Assembly: GCF_006345805.1 (NCBI RefSeq)
Contig: NC_043004.1
Coordinates: 65,100,001-65,164,000, forward strand
DNA: 64,000 nucleotides
Source of the DNA: Octopus sinensis
Taxonomy: Eukaryota
Direction of reading: 5' to 3'
Under the pieces are notes generated by a model that saw only the letters and a list, made by a program, of their open reading frames with translations, did no database searches and was not told the origin of the DNA. The first letter of the stretch is position 1, and every line of letters starts with the position of its first letter. Positions 40,726 through 54,720 of this stretch are shown piece after piece. The translations under genes were made by a program, and so were the position numbers.

Positions 40726-40856
40726 TATATATATATATAAACTATAAATTATGCATATACGTGCTTATATATATATATGTGTATAGGCGTTCGTATATGT
40801 AAGTATAACGTATGTTCTGTATATATATGTATCTGTATTTATGTGCTTTCTGGTAT

Positions 40857-40915
40857 ATTCAACTGAAGAAGGCAGAGCTTCTCTGAAGCAAAGCCAGAAA
40901 TCCAGGATCTTGAAT
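40857..40915 (+). ncRNA. Type-I hammerhead motif
   Basis: ATTCAA-CTGAAGA-A-GGC(AGAG CTT CTCT)...GCC-A-GAAA-TCCAGGA-TC-TTGAAT. Helix III ATCCAGGAT is a palindrome with one central base. Confidence 0.7.
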
Positions 40916-41729
40916 TATCCAGTTAAGTCTTTTTTGCTAGTTTATTTTGCCTTTCTGTCTTCTCTCTTGGCGCGATATGAGCATTTATGGTGTTTTTCGG
41001 GTCAGGGTTTTGACTGCTATTTCAGCATGGTAGTATCTCTCAGATACCCTAATTTATAATTTAAATAATTATTACCTTTGTATGGTATTCATTCCCATGC
41101 TGGTCACTAGATAAGATCGATATTTAAATATCGATATTATCCTTATATATTTACTTACATATAAATGTATATATATATATATTTATATGTAAGTAAATAT
41201 ATATGTATATCTATTAACCTATATATGTACCTATCAATATGTATGTAATCTTAGTGTACATTTGTGCTTGCGTATGTCCTTAAAGAAGTCTGTGTTAAAA
41301 TATGGAGATGTATACTTAGAATTTTAAAAAATGACTAACATATGTAGAAAAATATTTATTAAGAGCAGGCTTAATGTAATGCTGGTTTGATATCAATTTC
41401 GAGGTCGATGATCGATATAATAGTAAACAACTAAAGATCAGTGACTTTCATTATTCTCAATCGATCTCAGGACAATATTGGTACTGCATGGTTAAAACCA
41501 TTTTGGAATAGTTCCTACAGCTTAAAGGATTATTTCTATCATCTACCTGACCGTCCGTCTTCCGCGTTTTGCTGCTTTACTATCTGTGGATTTGATATGT
41601 GAATGAACACATAGACATACACATGTGTACACAGACACACACACTAACACTGGTAATCACACACATACGCGAGCGGGAATTTGCACACGAATACACACAC
41701 GCACACGCACGCATATATAAATAATGTAT

Positions 41730-42041
41730 ATATATAATCATTTAATGATATAGTATTCTACGCTGAGAGAAGAAGTTTCGGTAAGATAGAATTATTTAAT
41801 ATTTAATATTTAATTCTTATGCTTTCCTAAAATTGATTTCGAAACGTACGTCCGTGGATAACTAAAAAATGTATGATAGATTGCAGTCAATTCATTCTCT
41901 CTTACCTGTTTGTGTCTGCCTTCCAAATGCTGTTTTTACTGAGATCTCCCTTTTTAGTAGAAGAATAGCTATAACCCTTTGACTGCTATTTCTAAATTCG
42001 GTATGGTAAGGCCACTCGTTGCTAAACCCTTATTGCTAGTA
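41730..42041 (+). mobile_element. Second copy of the 7020-7339 HHR-bearing pLTR
   Basis: Nearly identical to 7020-7339 and ends at the same CCCTTATTGC(T)TAGTA before (TA)n. HHR at 41757-41857 has a 1-nt core deletion (CTGA-GA). Confidence 0.85.
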
Positions 42042-42080
42042 TATATATATAATTCTATATATATATATATATATATATAA

Positions 42081-42625
42081 ACATTATTGTGAATTGAAGG
42101 AAATGGAGCTGAACGCAGATTGAACAGAAATCGTTTTATTTCATTCTACACGTGTTTCGAAGGCACAATTACCAAAATCCGATTGAATAATGGGACATAT
42201 GTGTCTTTCTCTTCAGGAAGAAAAAAGGAATCCGTTAGAGAAACAAAAACAGAACAGGGGCGGAGCAAAAAACCAAATCGCCCTGTTTCTGTTTTTGTTT
42301 CTCTAACGGATTCCTTTTTCTTCTTCCTGAAGAGAAAGACACAATATGGTCCCATTATTCAATCGGATTTTGGTAATTTGTGCCTTTCGAAACACGTGTA
42401 GAATGAAATAAAACGATTTCTGTTCAATCTGCGTTCAGCTCCATTTCTTCAATTCACCAATAATGTTTTAATTTCAATTATCCGCACCAACGAACGGTTG
42501 CAACGCCAGATGGTTGTACCTCCAACACGTGCTGTTTACTGCTGTGATTTTTGCTACTAAGGTATCGGTTAACTTTTGATTAATCTACAACAAGATTATT
42601 CATCTTTCTATTTCACATTACTATA
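42081..42625. mobile_element. Fold-back element with an HHR in each arm
   Basis: Arms 42081-42262 / 42279-42468 with a 16-nt spacer. The right arm extends about 155 nt further to (TA)n. Confidence 0.85.
42321..42407 (+). ncRNA. Type-I hammerhead ribozyme
   Basis: TTCTTC-CTGAAGA-GAAAG...CTTTC-GAAA-CACGTG-TA-GAATGAA. Helix III is the palindrome ACACGTGT. A mirror copy is on the minus strand at 42140-42222. Confidence 0.8.
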
Positions 42626-42635
42626 TATATATAAT

Positions 42636-42668
<33 letters not shown>

Positions 42669-42893
42669 GGAAGGTTTGGAGATGATGTACAGTATTTTAT
42701 ATTAGAAAAATGAGGTACTCATAAAATCGGATGGTTTATATTTTACAGATTTTTTTGTATATTACATTTTTTTATACATCATATACCTGTAAGCGCTATA
42801 CATGATCTAAGTTATATGATGTATAAAAAGTGTAATATACATAAATATCTGTAAATATAAACCATCCGATTTTCTGAGTACCTAATTTCTTCT

Positions 42894-42900
<7 letters not shown>
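42669..42900. mobile_element. Fold-back element, family shared with 48351-48746
   Basis: Arms about 42699-42784 / 42814-42900. The left arm carries a 30-nt extension GGAAGGTTTGGAGATGATG. (TA)n flanks. Confidence 0.75.
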
Positions 42901-42936
<36 letters not shown>

Positions 42937-43482
42937 ATCTACACGCGCATGCACAGACAGACACGGACACACACGCATACACATACATACATACACACGC
43001 ACACACACGCATCTCACATGCATACACACACGCACACGCACACACATGCACACACGCGCATACACACACATATCCGCACGAACACACACCCACATACATA
43101 CGACGAGTTTCTTTTTGGTTTCCGTCCACCGAATCCCCTGATCTGCCTTAGGCTATGGTAGAAGACGCGTGCGCAACGACACTGAGATCGAAGCCATGTG
43201 GTTGGTTAGCAAGCTTCTTACCACGCGGCCATGCCTATAAGTATATATATATATATATATACATTCGAAGCTTTCTTCCAGGGGATCTAATGCGCTTGGC
43301 TTAGATTTCCCTTGGCGGGCTGGCCATATCGGAGCAATCTCAAGATTAATCAGCCGAAATTGCTAGATGATCTGGTTCTTGACTGATGACTGAGGGCTTC
43401 GAATGTCCCGTCCTGTGGTTCTTGTGTCGTCTCTGTGTGTTTCATGTTCTTGTCCATGTCTGTAATTATTTTACTGTTTACC

Positions 43483-43514
<32 letters not shown>

Positions 43515-43519
43515 ATACA

Positions 43520-43582
<63 letters not shown>

Positions 43583-43795
43583 ATGTAATATATATGTATA
43601 TATATGTATATATATATATCTGTAACATATATATATAATATATATATATAATATGTCTATATATATAGATATGCATATATATATTTTTTTTTTATTGGCT
43701 AACTGGCAATATGACCATCCCCAATACAACAAATCTGTTGCAAACACACGATTTCACATCAAGAAACTTGCAAAACGAATATATAAACGTATATA

Positions 43796-43830
<35 letters not shown>

Positions 43831-45771
43831 CTCACATGCTCTCATTTATAATAGTAAGCAATCATAAGCACGACATATACATACATAATGATAATAAAAC
43901 GAATGGTTTTATATACATACATATATGTAATATATATATGTATGTATGTATGTACATTCTTTTATTCTTTTACTGGTTTCAGCCATTTAAATGTGGCTAT
44001 ACTGGAGCACAGCCTTAAATATATCTATCTATCTAGATAGATAGATAGCTATCTCTATGTATGTGTGTCGATCTGTGTGTGTGTACGTGCATGCATGTGT
44101 ATGTTTATATCTATATATATGTGTGTGTGGATGTGTGTGTTTATATACACATATATATTCATATTTTTATGTATATATATTATTTGTCCATTGACATACT
44201 TCATACGGGCACAATTTTACACACACACACACTTGAATTCGCTTTGACCGAATTAAATTATTTCTACCCATTGAGAGTTCTTTGTACTACTTTTCGTTGC
44301 TATGAATGGCAACTCACGCGTATAACACACACAACACGCAAATATATAACATCTATACATAAATATTTTTCTTGCATATATATATATATATATATATTAT
44401 GTATATATATATATAATATATATCTATATAATATATATAACCTACATATATATACATATATATACGTATATATACCTGTATATATATATATATATATCTA
44501 TATATATGTGTGTGTGTGTGGTGTGTGTGTGTGCGTGTGTGTGTGTTGTGTGTGTGTGTATACATAGATATAGCTAAACGTGTGCACGTTTGTATATAAA
44601 CGTGTTGAAAATGGCTGACAAATGACTAACAACATTTAGAAAGGAATTCAGATTACTGATGCTGATTCTGCATATGACAGAGATACTTTTGACATGAATA
44701 AAACCCGCAGCAACAACAGCAGCAACAGCAATATCAGGAACACCAGCAACACCACCATCACCGACAGCAGCAGCAGCAGTAGTAATACGAATGACAAGAA
44801 CAGCAACACAATAAGCAGGAATAACAATGGGAAAAGCATGTAACAAAACATAATCAATGTAAGTAATTGAAACGTTAACGATAGTATTGACTTGGCGTAG
44901 TGAATAGCAGTGAATATAACTAGGACTGCATTGTTATTTCTATTTGCGCTAAAACTGAAGATGGCTTCTTTATATGCTTTTGCCTTGTTTTGTTTGTTTG
45001 TTTGTTATAGCTTAGCTAGAAGAGGAAAGGCTTTTCAGAGCTTTCGAGCCCCGAGCTAGGAATTGTGAATGTCGTTTTTATCCTTATTCTGGAAACTTGA
45101 CCCAAATGCTTACAACATATTAGCATCCGTTAAAGGATTCCAAGGATCCCAAGTTGCAGCTTTCGGTGTTGAACGGATTAAAGTAGAACACCGAACAAAA
45201 GTGACGTTTCCTCAATATGTTCTCCAGTTATCGCTAACTAAATTTCACTCACAGCAATGAATCGCATTCGTATTTCTAAAAACATGTTTTGGTAGACCTA
45301 TGTCCAATGTTCCTCTTTGGCTTGTTACGCTAGTAACGAATCGAAAGTCTTACACCCAACGAAAATAACGTTTTCTTTTGCGCGTTCTTCTGTTATCGTC
45401 CACTAAAGTACTCCCTCATCAATATGAGTGTTTATACATACTCCCATGAGTATTTTAAAAAAGTTTTTGAGGAGACCGATACCCAATACTTGTTTGTTGC
45501 TCGTCACTCTGGCGAAACTCAAATACTGTTATTGTGAAATTCTTGCTACAATCTCCATGAGGTCATGTTATGAATTTATCATAGAATAGGAATGGACGTG
45601 AAACTGTAGTTGCAAATCAAATTGCCTTTGATCCTACGACAGTATCTGTATCTATTAAACGATAGCAAAGCGATAACAAAAATATGAACTAATAAATACG
45701 TATCAATAATAGCTACAATTAAATGACAAGCTTAAAGGCTCGACATATTTTGCTTTTTTTTTCTTTTGTAG

Positions 45772-45863
45772 GTACTGGCGTTTCCCACTCGTTGCCATTG
45801 TAAGCGTTTTATTGATTCGGAAAGGCGGAGAAGAAAAATGAAGTCCAACTGGCAAGATGCTCA
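45772..45863 (+). other. Candidate exon (unverified)
   Basis: Strong TTTTTTTTTCTTTTGTAG acceptor and GTAAGG donor at 45864, in non-repetitive-looking sequence. Confidence 0.25.
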
Positions 45864-47228
45864 GTAAGGAAGGGGACGTTACTGAGTACAGCTTTCCTTT
45901 AAATACAATATCACAGCTCTGTCACTGTTACCATCATTAACGCCCCCAGAATCACCACAACAACAGCAACAGTGATGACAACAACTACAGGCAACGAACG
46001 GAACCTATAAGTAGTTAGTGAACCTGTTAGAAAAAGCAGGTAGATCACCCTCAAATTATACAGCTATTATCTATGGTGTTTTCCTGGATGTCTGAACGAA
46101 GATAGAATGGGTCTGGAAGATCATGGTTGGAAGCCTTTAAGTATTGGTTTGCTCACACGGGACTGACCAAGGGTTCAACAACAACTGCAACAACAAAAAT
46201 AATGACAGGAACAACAATAAACTCGAAAACTACGTACAATAACAATATTGATTTTTGTTGACATTAAAAAAATAGCTAGAATGGTATTAACGGTGGGATG
46301 AGTTCATTTTATAGATCTCAGTAAATCGATTTCATCGAACCTGAATGTTCGATGAAATCAATTTGCAGTTAACATGAGCGGGATTTGTATGTGAAGCATA
46401 AACTAAGTCCCTCGATGTGGAAATAAATATGATGGTTATGTGACGAAAATAATGAGTACTGATAATGGCAGTATTTATTTTATGAATACTTATAATGTAA
46501 CATTAAAAGAGTATAGATAATGAAAGTACCAATACTAGGACTATCAAAACGAAAGTACCAGAATAAGAGCACCAATATTGAAAGTACAAATAACAGGAGT
46601 ATCGGAGATAGGAGTATCAATAATGGAATTCACAAAAAGTGAGCATCACAATGAGATAATAATACCTAGAGTACAAAGAGCAGCAGAACCGAAAAGATTT
46701 GGAGGGAATCTAGCTGATTACATGGACCCCAGTGCGTAACTGGTACTTCTTTTATCGACCGACCTCTTGAAGATGAAAAACAATGTTGACATTTGAACTC
46801 AGACCGCACACATGGATGAAATGCCGCTAAGCATTTTGCTCGACGTAGTAGGAATACTGCCAGCTCAGGAGTACAAATATTGCAGCTAACAAAATGAGAG
46901 TGCCACAGTGAGATATTAATAACTAGATTACGCAAAGCAGCAGGGTCAAAAAACGCGAATATTAATTCTTTACACTATAGGCACAAGGCCTGGAATTTTG
47001 GAAAGGTGGCTGGCAAATTATATCGATCCCAATGTGAAAATAGTAGATTCTTTTTATCGATTCCTAAAAGATGAAAGGCAAAGTCGACATTGGGGAAACT
47101 TGAACTCGGAACCTAAACGGAGGCGAAATGACGCTAGGAATTTTGCTCGGTGTGCTAACGATTCTGACAGCTCAAGGATTTAATGATGCTGCTGCTGCTG
47201 ATGATGATGATGATCCTCATCATAATAA

Positions 47229-47262
<34 letters not shown>

Positions 47263-48307
47263 AATAATAACAGTAATAATGATTGCCTTGATGCAGTACC
47301 AGACAGTGGCTCTCGTGGCTTCTGATCTTAACTGTGTCATCATGTACATTGTTTTGTCTTGGTATAAAAGATGGCTACAGCAAATATTCTGCTCAATACC
47401 ACAGATTTGCTTGTCGGTTGTTTGACCTTAACCAGTTGAGCATGTCCCTTAGTGACTGACGATATGTGCATCTCTGATCACAAACAGAAGTAGTGGGGGT
47501 GCATCATAGCCATGTGTTGAGAGGGATTCTTTGGCATTTGAATAATTCACCTCTGGAAACATGGGTGGTTGGTTCAACATCCTTAAACAACCCTTATTCA
47601 GGGACCGTTTGAGCGGGATGGGTTACTCGATCAGAAGAAAATTCTAAATGGGCCCTACCTGCAAGGTCATGTGCTGTTTATCTTGATATGAGATCATATA
47701 TGCATACACAAATATTCATGTGGCCGCACACTAAATGAATGAAAGAAGCAAAAGATAATTATGCAAAATGGTATCGCACTGCATGAAACTCATATTTTAC
47801 GCAATGACCTCCCAATACACTAAGATAATTCACACAAAACTTATACTAAACTATCATTAAATATTATATACCTCTACACACAGCACATACTACAGTCATC
47901 TCTCAATTCAATAAAAGAGCTAACGCGAAACATATTCTATAAAACCATCAAAGAGTGTTGTAACTCCATACATAAATTGTGTTCAACGTAGTTCAGTTAT
48001 CGACGCCATAAACGAAATCCATATATTCTCTGTTATATTTTGTCTTTTACTTGTGTCAAGCATCCGACTGCGGCCATTGTGGGGTGTACCTTGAAGTGTC
48101 ACGTGAGCAAATCGCTCCCAGTACTTATACACACACATACACACGCACACACATATGCACGGCCAGTTATAGACAATGGCCATTATATATTTGACTTTTG
48201 TAAGAACAAATTTGGCTGACAGCTGTTTCCAGTAGTCATAATAAGTACGTAACTGACAGATTAATCAATCAATCTATTGATCAGTTGAGAAAAATTGAAC
48301 TAATGAG

Positions 48308-48350
<43 letters not shown>

Positions 48351-48746
48351 GGAAGGTTTGGAGATGATGTGCAGGTATTATATATTAGAAGAAATGAGGT
48401 AATCAGAAGATCGGATGGTTTATATTTACAGATCTTTATTTATATATTACATTTTTTACATATATATCATATCACTTAGATCATTAGCGCTTTCTCCCAT
48501 TCTAGTGGGGTTTTCAAATCAAAATAAGTTCCTTTGTGGGGAATTTTAATCATTTTATAGAGTTTCGTAGTGGTGGGGAGGAATATAAGACAGTACAAGA
48601 GGGTGTGGTGGATGAGGAGAAAGTGAGAGAGAGAACATGTGTATGATCTAAGTGATATGATATATATGTAAAAAATGTAATATATAAATAAATATCTGTA
48701 AATATAAACCATCCGATCTTCTGATTACCTCATTTCTTCTAAAATA
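48351..48746. mobile_element. Fold-back element, family shared with 42669-42900
   Basis: Arms about 48382-48484 / 48643-48746 with the same outer ends as the 42669 copy. Confidence 0.75.
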
Positions 48747-48790
48747 TATATATATATATAATATATATATATTATATATATATATATATA

Positions 48791-49118
<328 letters not shown>

Positions 49119-49539
49119 GTCTGTGTGTGTGTGTGTGTGTGTGTATGTTTGTGTGCCTGTGTTGTCCCAATGTGGTTGGAAAGAAACATTTCTTTCAGCA
49201 CACCCGCCCCTATATTCCTCACAATCCCCTTCCAAATTCTACAAAACTTTGCAGAACCTGAGAACACAAAACAAAAGATTATGGTAAAACAATAGAACAA
49301 AACGGCAACACAACGAACTTAATGTAACACCAACAAATGAAGATTTCACATACCTACGCCATTAGAAAAATATCAACAACAACTGTAGCAACAACATTAA
49401 TATAACTGTTCGCCCACTTGTCCGCCCCGCCACACTCCCCGTAAGCAGATGCACCTGGAAGCTTAGCAAAATACTCACATGGAAAGAACTGAAGACGAAT
49501 AACAACCGCAACGACGCACTCAGCGTCATCTGGAACAGC

Positions 49540-49611
49540 AGCAACAACAACAACAAGAATAGTAATAATGATACTACTACTACTTCTACTACAACAACAG
49601 CAACAACAACA

Positions 49612-49648
<37 letters not shown>

Positions 49649-49989
49649 ATAATAATAATGAAGATGAGAAGAAAAAGAAGAAACTGACAATAAAAACTGC
49701 AAATGATGATAATAGTAATGATGCTGTTGTTGATCATAATAGCAATGATGATGATGATAATAATGTTGATGATGATGACGACAACGACGATGATCAAAAT
49801 TATATTGAAAAAATGGCGATGAAACTGATATTAATATTACTGATGATGATGATGATGATGATGATAATTAGAAGATGAAAATACAATATAAACTGCAAAT
49901 GATGATAATAGTAATGATGCTGTTGTTGATAATAATAACAATGATGACGATGATAACGATGATGACGGTGACGACGAAGATGATAATTA

Positions 49990-50033
<44 letters not shown>

Positions 50034-50231
50034 AAAAATTATTTTGAAAAAACGGCGATGAAAATTATATTAATATTACAATACTGATGATGATAATGAT
50101 AATGGTGAAGATGATGATGATGATAATAATAATGATAATAAAAACAAGATGAAGAATGACAGTAAAAACTACAAATGATTATAATAATAACAATGACGAT
50201 GATTGTGATGATGATGATGATGATGATAATA

Positions 50232-50275
<44 letters not shown>

Positions 50276-50400
50276 GCAATAACAATAGCAAAAACAACAA
50301 TAATAATGACGCTCATGATGATAATAAGGGTAATAATAACAACAACTACAATATCAATGGTAATAAATAAGTTTCTAAATAAAAGAAAATAAATAAATGA
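49540..50400. repeat. AAT/GAT microsatellite field with a ~200-bp tandem duplication
   Basis: AAACTGCAAATGATGATAATAGTAATGATGCTGTTGTTGAT occurs at about 49693 and 49890. Confidence 0.85.
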
Positions 50401-50660
50401 TGTGAATAATAGTAAATCAATAATCGATAAATGTTGAGTGCGGGGTTAAAATCTGTGACAATACAAATATCTCTAATTAGTACAATCTGGAATTGTATTT
50501 ATTATTTATGATATTTTCTCTGTATTTTCTTGCCGTCCACTTTGATATTGTTCCGTTAGTGAGGCTTGTGTTACTTCCACGTATAACTCTGACTACACTG
50601 TTTATACGACACCACTTCCCATCATAATGCTCATAATAGCAGCAGTAGTAGTAATAATAA

Positions 50661-50707
<47 letters not shown>

Positions 50708-51226
50708 ATAATAATAATCATAATAATAATTATAACAACAACAACAACAACAACAACAATAATAATAATAATAATATTAATAATAATAAAAGATGGGCTA
50801 CAGCAAATATTCTGCTCAATACCACAGATTTGCTTGTCGGTTGTTTGACCATAACCAGTTGACCATGTCCCTTAGTGGCTGACGATATGTGCATCTCTGA
50901 TCACGAGCAGAAGTAGTGGGGGAGCATCATAGCCGTGTGTTGAAAGGAATTCTTAAAGGTTTGGATAATTCACCTTTGGAAACAATCGTTATTCAAGGAC
51001 CTTTTGATCGGTATGGCTTACTCGACCAGAAGAAAATTCTAACTGGACCCCACCTGCAAGGTCATGCGCTGTTTATCTTGATATGAGATCACCATGTTGC
51101 ACACATATGGTTGTGATGCATGTGCTTAATCTACCCTTAAAAGACAGGTAGTCATGATGGGTATACAGGGCTTCGTATATTTTATCCCAGTGCCACTTTG
51201 ATGGCATGCTCTACTCTCTCACTCAG

Positions 51227-51268
<42 letters not shown>

Positions 51269-51269
51269 T

Positions 51270-51305
<36 letters not shown>

Positions 51306-51321
51306 AATAATAATAATACTT

Positions 51322-51879
51322 AATGCCCTGATGCAGTACCAGGCAGTTGCAATCATGGCTTCTGATCTTAACTGACAGGAAGTGTTATCATGTACATTGT
51401 TTTGTCTTGGTATAAAAGATGGGCTACAGCAAATATTCTGCTCAATACCACAGATTTGCTTGTCAGTTGTTTGATCTTAACCAGTTGAGCATCTCTCTTA
51501 GTGGCTGACGATATGTGCATCTCTGATCTCGAGCAGAAGTAGTGGGGGAGCATCATAGCCATGTGTTGAGAGGGATTCTTTGGCATTTGAATAATTCACC
51601 TCTGGAAACGTGGGTGGTTCTTTCAACATCCTTAAACAACCTTTATTCAGGGACCTTTTGAGCGGGATGGGCTACTCAACCTGAAGAAAATTCTAACTGG
51701 GCCCCACCTGCAAGGTCATGAGCTGTTTATCTTGATACGAGATCACCATGTCGCGCACATATGGTTGTGATGCATGTGCCTGGTGTACCCTTATCAGACG
51801 GGTAGTCATGATGGATATACTGGGCTTCGTATATTTTACCCCAGTGTCACTTTGATAACATGAACTGCTCTCTCACTCA
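51322..51879 (+). repeat. ~560-bp interspersed element flanked by (AAT)n
   Basis: Co-linear copies at 50788-51225 (tandem) and 47283-47696, and a decayed fragment at about 61745-61925. Confidence 0.85.
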
Positions 51880-52059
51880 ATAATAATAATAATAATAATT
51901 GTTGTTGTTATTATTATTATGCTTTTCATCATTTCGTGGTTGATAAAATAAGTACCACTTGAGCACTTCGGTCCATCTTTTCGACATTCTCTCCTCCTCG
52001 AAATTGCTGGCGTTGTGCAAAAATTTGAAATCATAATTTTTTTTATTATTATTTTCTTT

Positions 52060-52830
52060 TTACCACAGATTTTGTTGGAACTCCCGGAGTCTTGCATGCT
52101 AGCGGGCTTACAACTTGCAGCCTACTGTACCTTGCTATCCGTTATTTTCCGCCATCTAATAATTTCCTAATCATTCTTGCCGTATCGAGGAGGCAAACCT
52201 TTTGTAACAGTTCTCCTGGGGCTCTATTCCAATTTCCTTTATATTCCCCATGATGACTTCTGATACTGTCCCCAAGAGGCCAACAATAATTGGCCACTCT
52301 CTTCACCTTCTTCATTTTCATAACCGGGGTATTTCGTACTTATAAGCGTTGTACTTATTTATTTTTCGCCCTCCTTCTTGACTATTTGGGGGTCAAAGGA
52401 AGACGCAACAGCAACTATAGAGCACATGTAATGAAGCTTGTCGATCACCACGAGGACCGGTCCGTTATCCTCTTGCACCTGTTCTGTTTGGATTGGGAAA
52501 TCGCAGGGATTTTGCTAGTCTCCGACTCCACCACACTCTGCGGTCTTGCCCTTTTCTAGCCCTCACTTTTCGCACAGTTTCCAATGTAGCATTTTCGCTA
52601 CATGATCGTGTTGCCACAAATTGTAGAGGTTTTGGACAACTCTAGAGCTTTCGTCCGTGATATGGGCAATGGATTCATCCACTCTATCGCCGATGCGACA
52701 CAGCGGAGACACTTGCTCATTCCAAGGTTGACTCTCCAGTCCGTGGCCAAATTTTGGTCTGTTCGCTGCTAGTATAGTGCTTTCGGTTTCTTTTTTAGGG
52801 TTCCTTTCTTCAGCCAATCCCACCATTGTT
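52060..52830 (-). pseudogene. RLE-type non-LTR retrotransposon (R4/R2/NeSL-like) 3' fragment
   Basis: KKETESTILAA...SPLCRIG..ESIAHI...HDHVAKMLHWKLCEK (CCHC knuckle region), then DFPIQT...GPVLVVIDK...VASSFD..KKEGEK (restriction-like endonuclease). AAT-rich 3' tail near 52040. Confidence 0.8.
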
Positions 52831-53067
52831 TTCCAACAACTTCTTTTGTGGTTTTGGTTTCTTTTTCACTGATTTTTGCTACAACGTTTCGTAACGCCGT
52901 AGAATGTGGTATTGGCTAATAAAAAAACATTTAATATACTTTACAGTATATTGTGCTTGCATAACGAAATACCACGCACCTACGAATCATTAATATATAC
53001 ATACACCCCACCACACACACACACACATGTATATATATGTATATACATATATACATATACATATGCA

Positions 53068-53142
<75 letters not shown>

Positions 53143-53823
53143 ATATATATATATATATATTTAAATAATGAAGGAGATAAATTAATATTAATTTTAATAT
53201 CAATTTAAAACCAGTAGTCCAGCATACAAAAAATCTGAGAAGTCAGAGAAAATTCTAATATATGTGTATATTGGCAGGGCTTACTGCTAGGGAGTCGGCC
53301 GTATGCTAGAAATAGACCATTAACGATCAAACTACAAGGAAATTCTCTAGAGGAAAAATACAGCGAACACCAGAACCAAATTTGGCGGGCAGGACAGATG
53401 AAAATTTATATAAAAAACAAATTAAATGCATACCTCGGTTTCGGCCTTTAACAAAAGAATTACTTACGTAATTCAAATGTCCGTGCTTCTTCAGTGCATT
53501 CGTTCATTGTAATGTAAACTGAAAAAACTAACCCCAGCTTTCCGTGCCAGCACAGACACGTGTATAGTTTTACCGATTACACTAGTGATAAAATTTCAAA
53601 TGTCTTGGTTCTGGCGCGCTAATAAATTCCTGAGGCGAAGGGCTGCGGTTGGTGCTTACTACTAGAGAACGTATTTATTTCAATATTTAAATAATGAGGG
53701 AGATAAATTAATATATAAAGTTAATCCAAACAAGAAACACAAAAAAAACAACAACACAACAACACGAGGACGTAGAACAAATAAAGTATTAATGGACGCT
53801 CAGGAAAGAAGGGAAGAAGGAGC

Positions 53824-53858
53824 GTTTAACGTTGCGAGCGGAGCTCTTCGTCGGAAAC
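53824..53858 (-). ncRNA. Minimal hammerhead-like motif, CCGACGA core, GAAA mutated to GCAA
   Basis: Minus strand reads GTTT-CCGACGA-A-GAGC-TCC-GCTC-GCAA-CG-TT-AAAC. Confidence 0.5.
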
Positions 53859-53977
53859 ATAAGAGAAGGAAAGATCCCGAGAGGGGAAGACAGAGGAAAA
53901 AAATCGCCAGCGGTACTCACGAGGTCATATATATATATATATATTTTTTTTTTTTCTTATTCTCCAAGTAAGATTAC

Positions 53978-54008
<31 letters not shown>

Positions 54009-54010
<2 letters not shown>

Positions 54011-54317
54011 CAATTGCAGCGTGGAAGGTGTTTGTAAGCCATTTAAGAAACACACAAAAGCCGTTCGATTCACTTCAACATTAAGTTTAATTGTCAAAAT
54101 ATTTTCGTCGCTAAAATCCGCAACCTGTTCACTGACAAAAATCCGTCGCGGATTTTAGCGACGAAAATATTTTGACAAATTAAACTTAAATGTTGAAGTG
54201 AATCGAACGGCTTTTGTGTGTTTCTTAAATGGCTTACAAACACCTTCCACGCTGCAATTGTTTTCGTTCCAGCACACGATCTCAGATCAAATCACTTGCT
54301 ATGCGAGTACATCTCCG
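54009..54317. mobile_element. Fold-back element, TA-flanked
   Basis: Arms 54009-54121 / 54148-54262. The right tail runs to 54317. A degenerate HHR-like motif lies at 54127-54177. Confidence 0.75.
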
Positions 54318-54323
54318 TATATA

Positions 54324-54413
<90 letters not shown>

Positions 54414-54417
54414 ACTT

Positions 54418-54720
54418 ATAAATAAGGGCAAACGAAAAAATTCCTAATGCCAAATATGCCGAAAATTGGATATATTGTCCATTTACCATATAATTTTTTT
54501 CCCCAGTACGCACGCTACTCGAAAAAAGGTCGACAGAAATCTCTAAAAAATTCCATTATTACCATATCGGACCGATTACAGGGTTAGTTCAAAAAGAACC
54601 CTCCCTTCGTCAGTGATACATGTGTCAAAGAAGTAAATGAGATACTTACTCATACTCATGGAAGAAGAAAACACTAAGTCATGAGCACAACTAAGTACCC
54701 CAAATAAATCCAAAATAGAA
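54418..54720 (-). repeat. ~300-bp interspersed repeat carrying an HHR (copy 1)
   Basis: Co-linear with 57060-57365. Confidence 0.8.
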
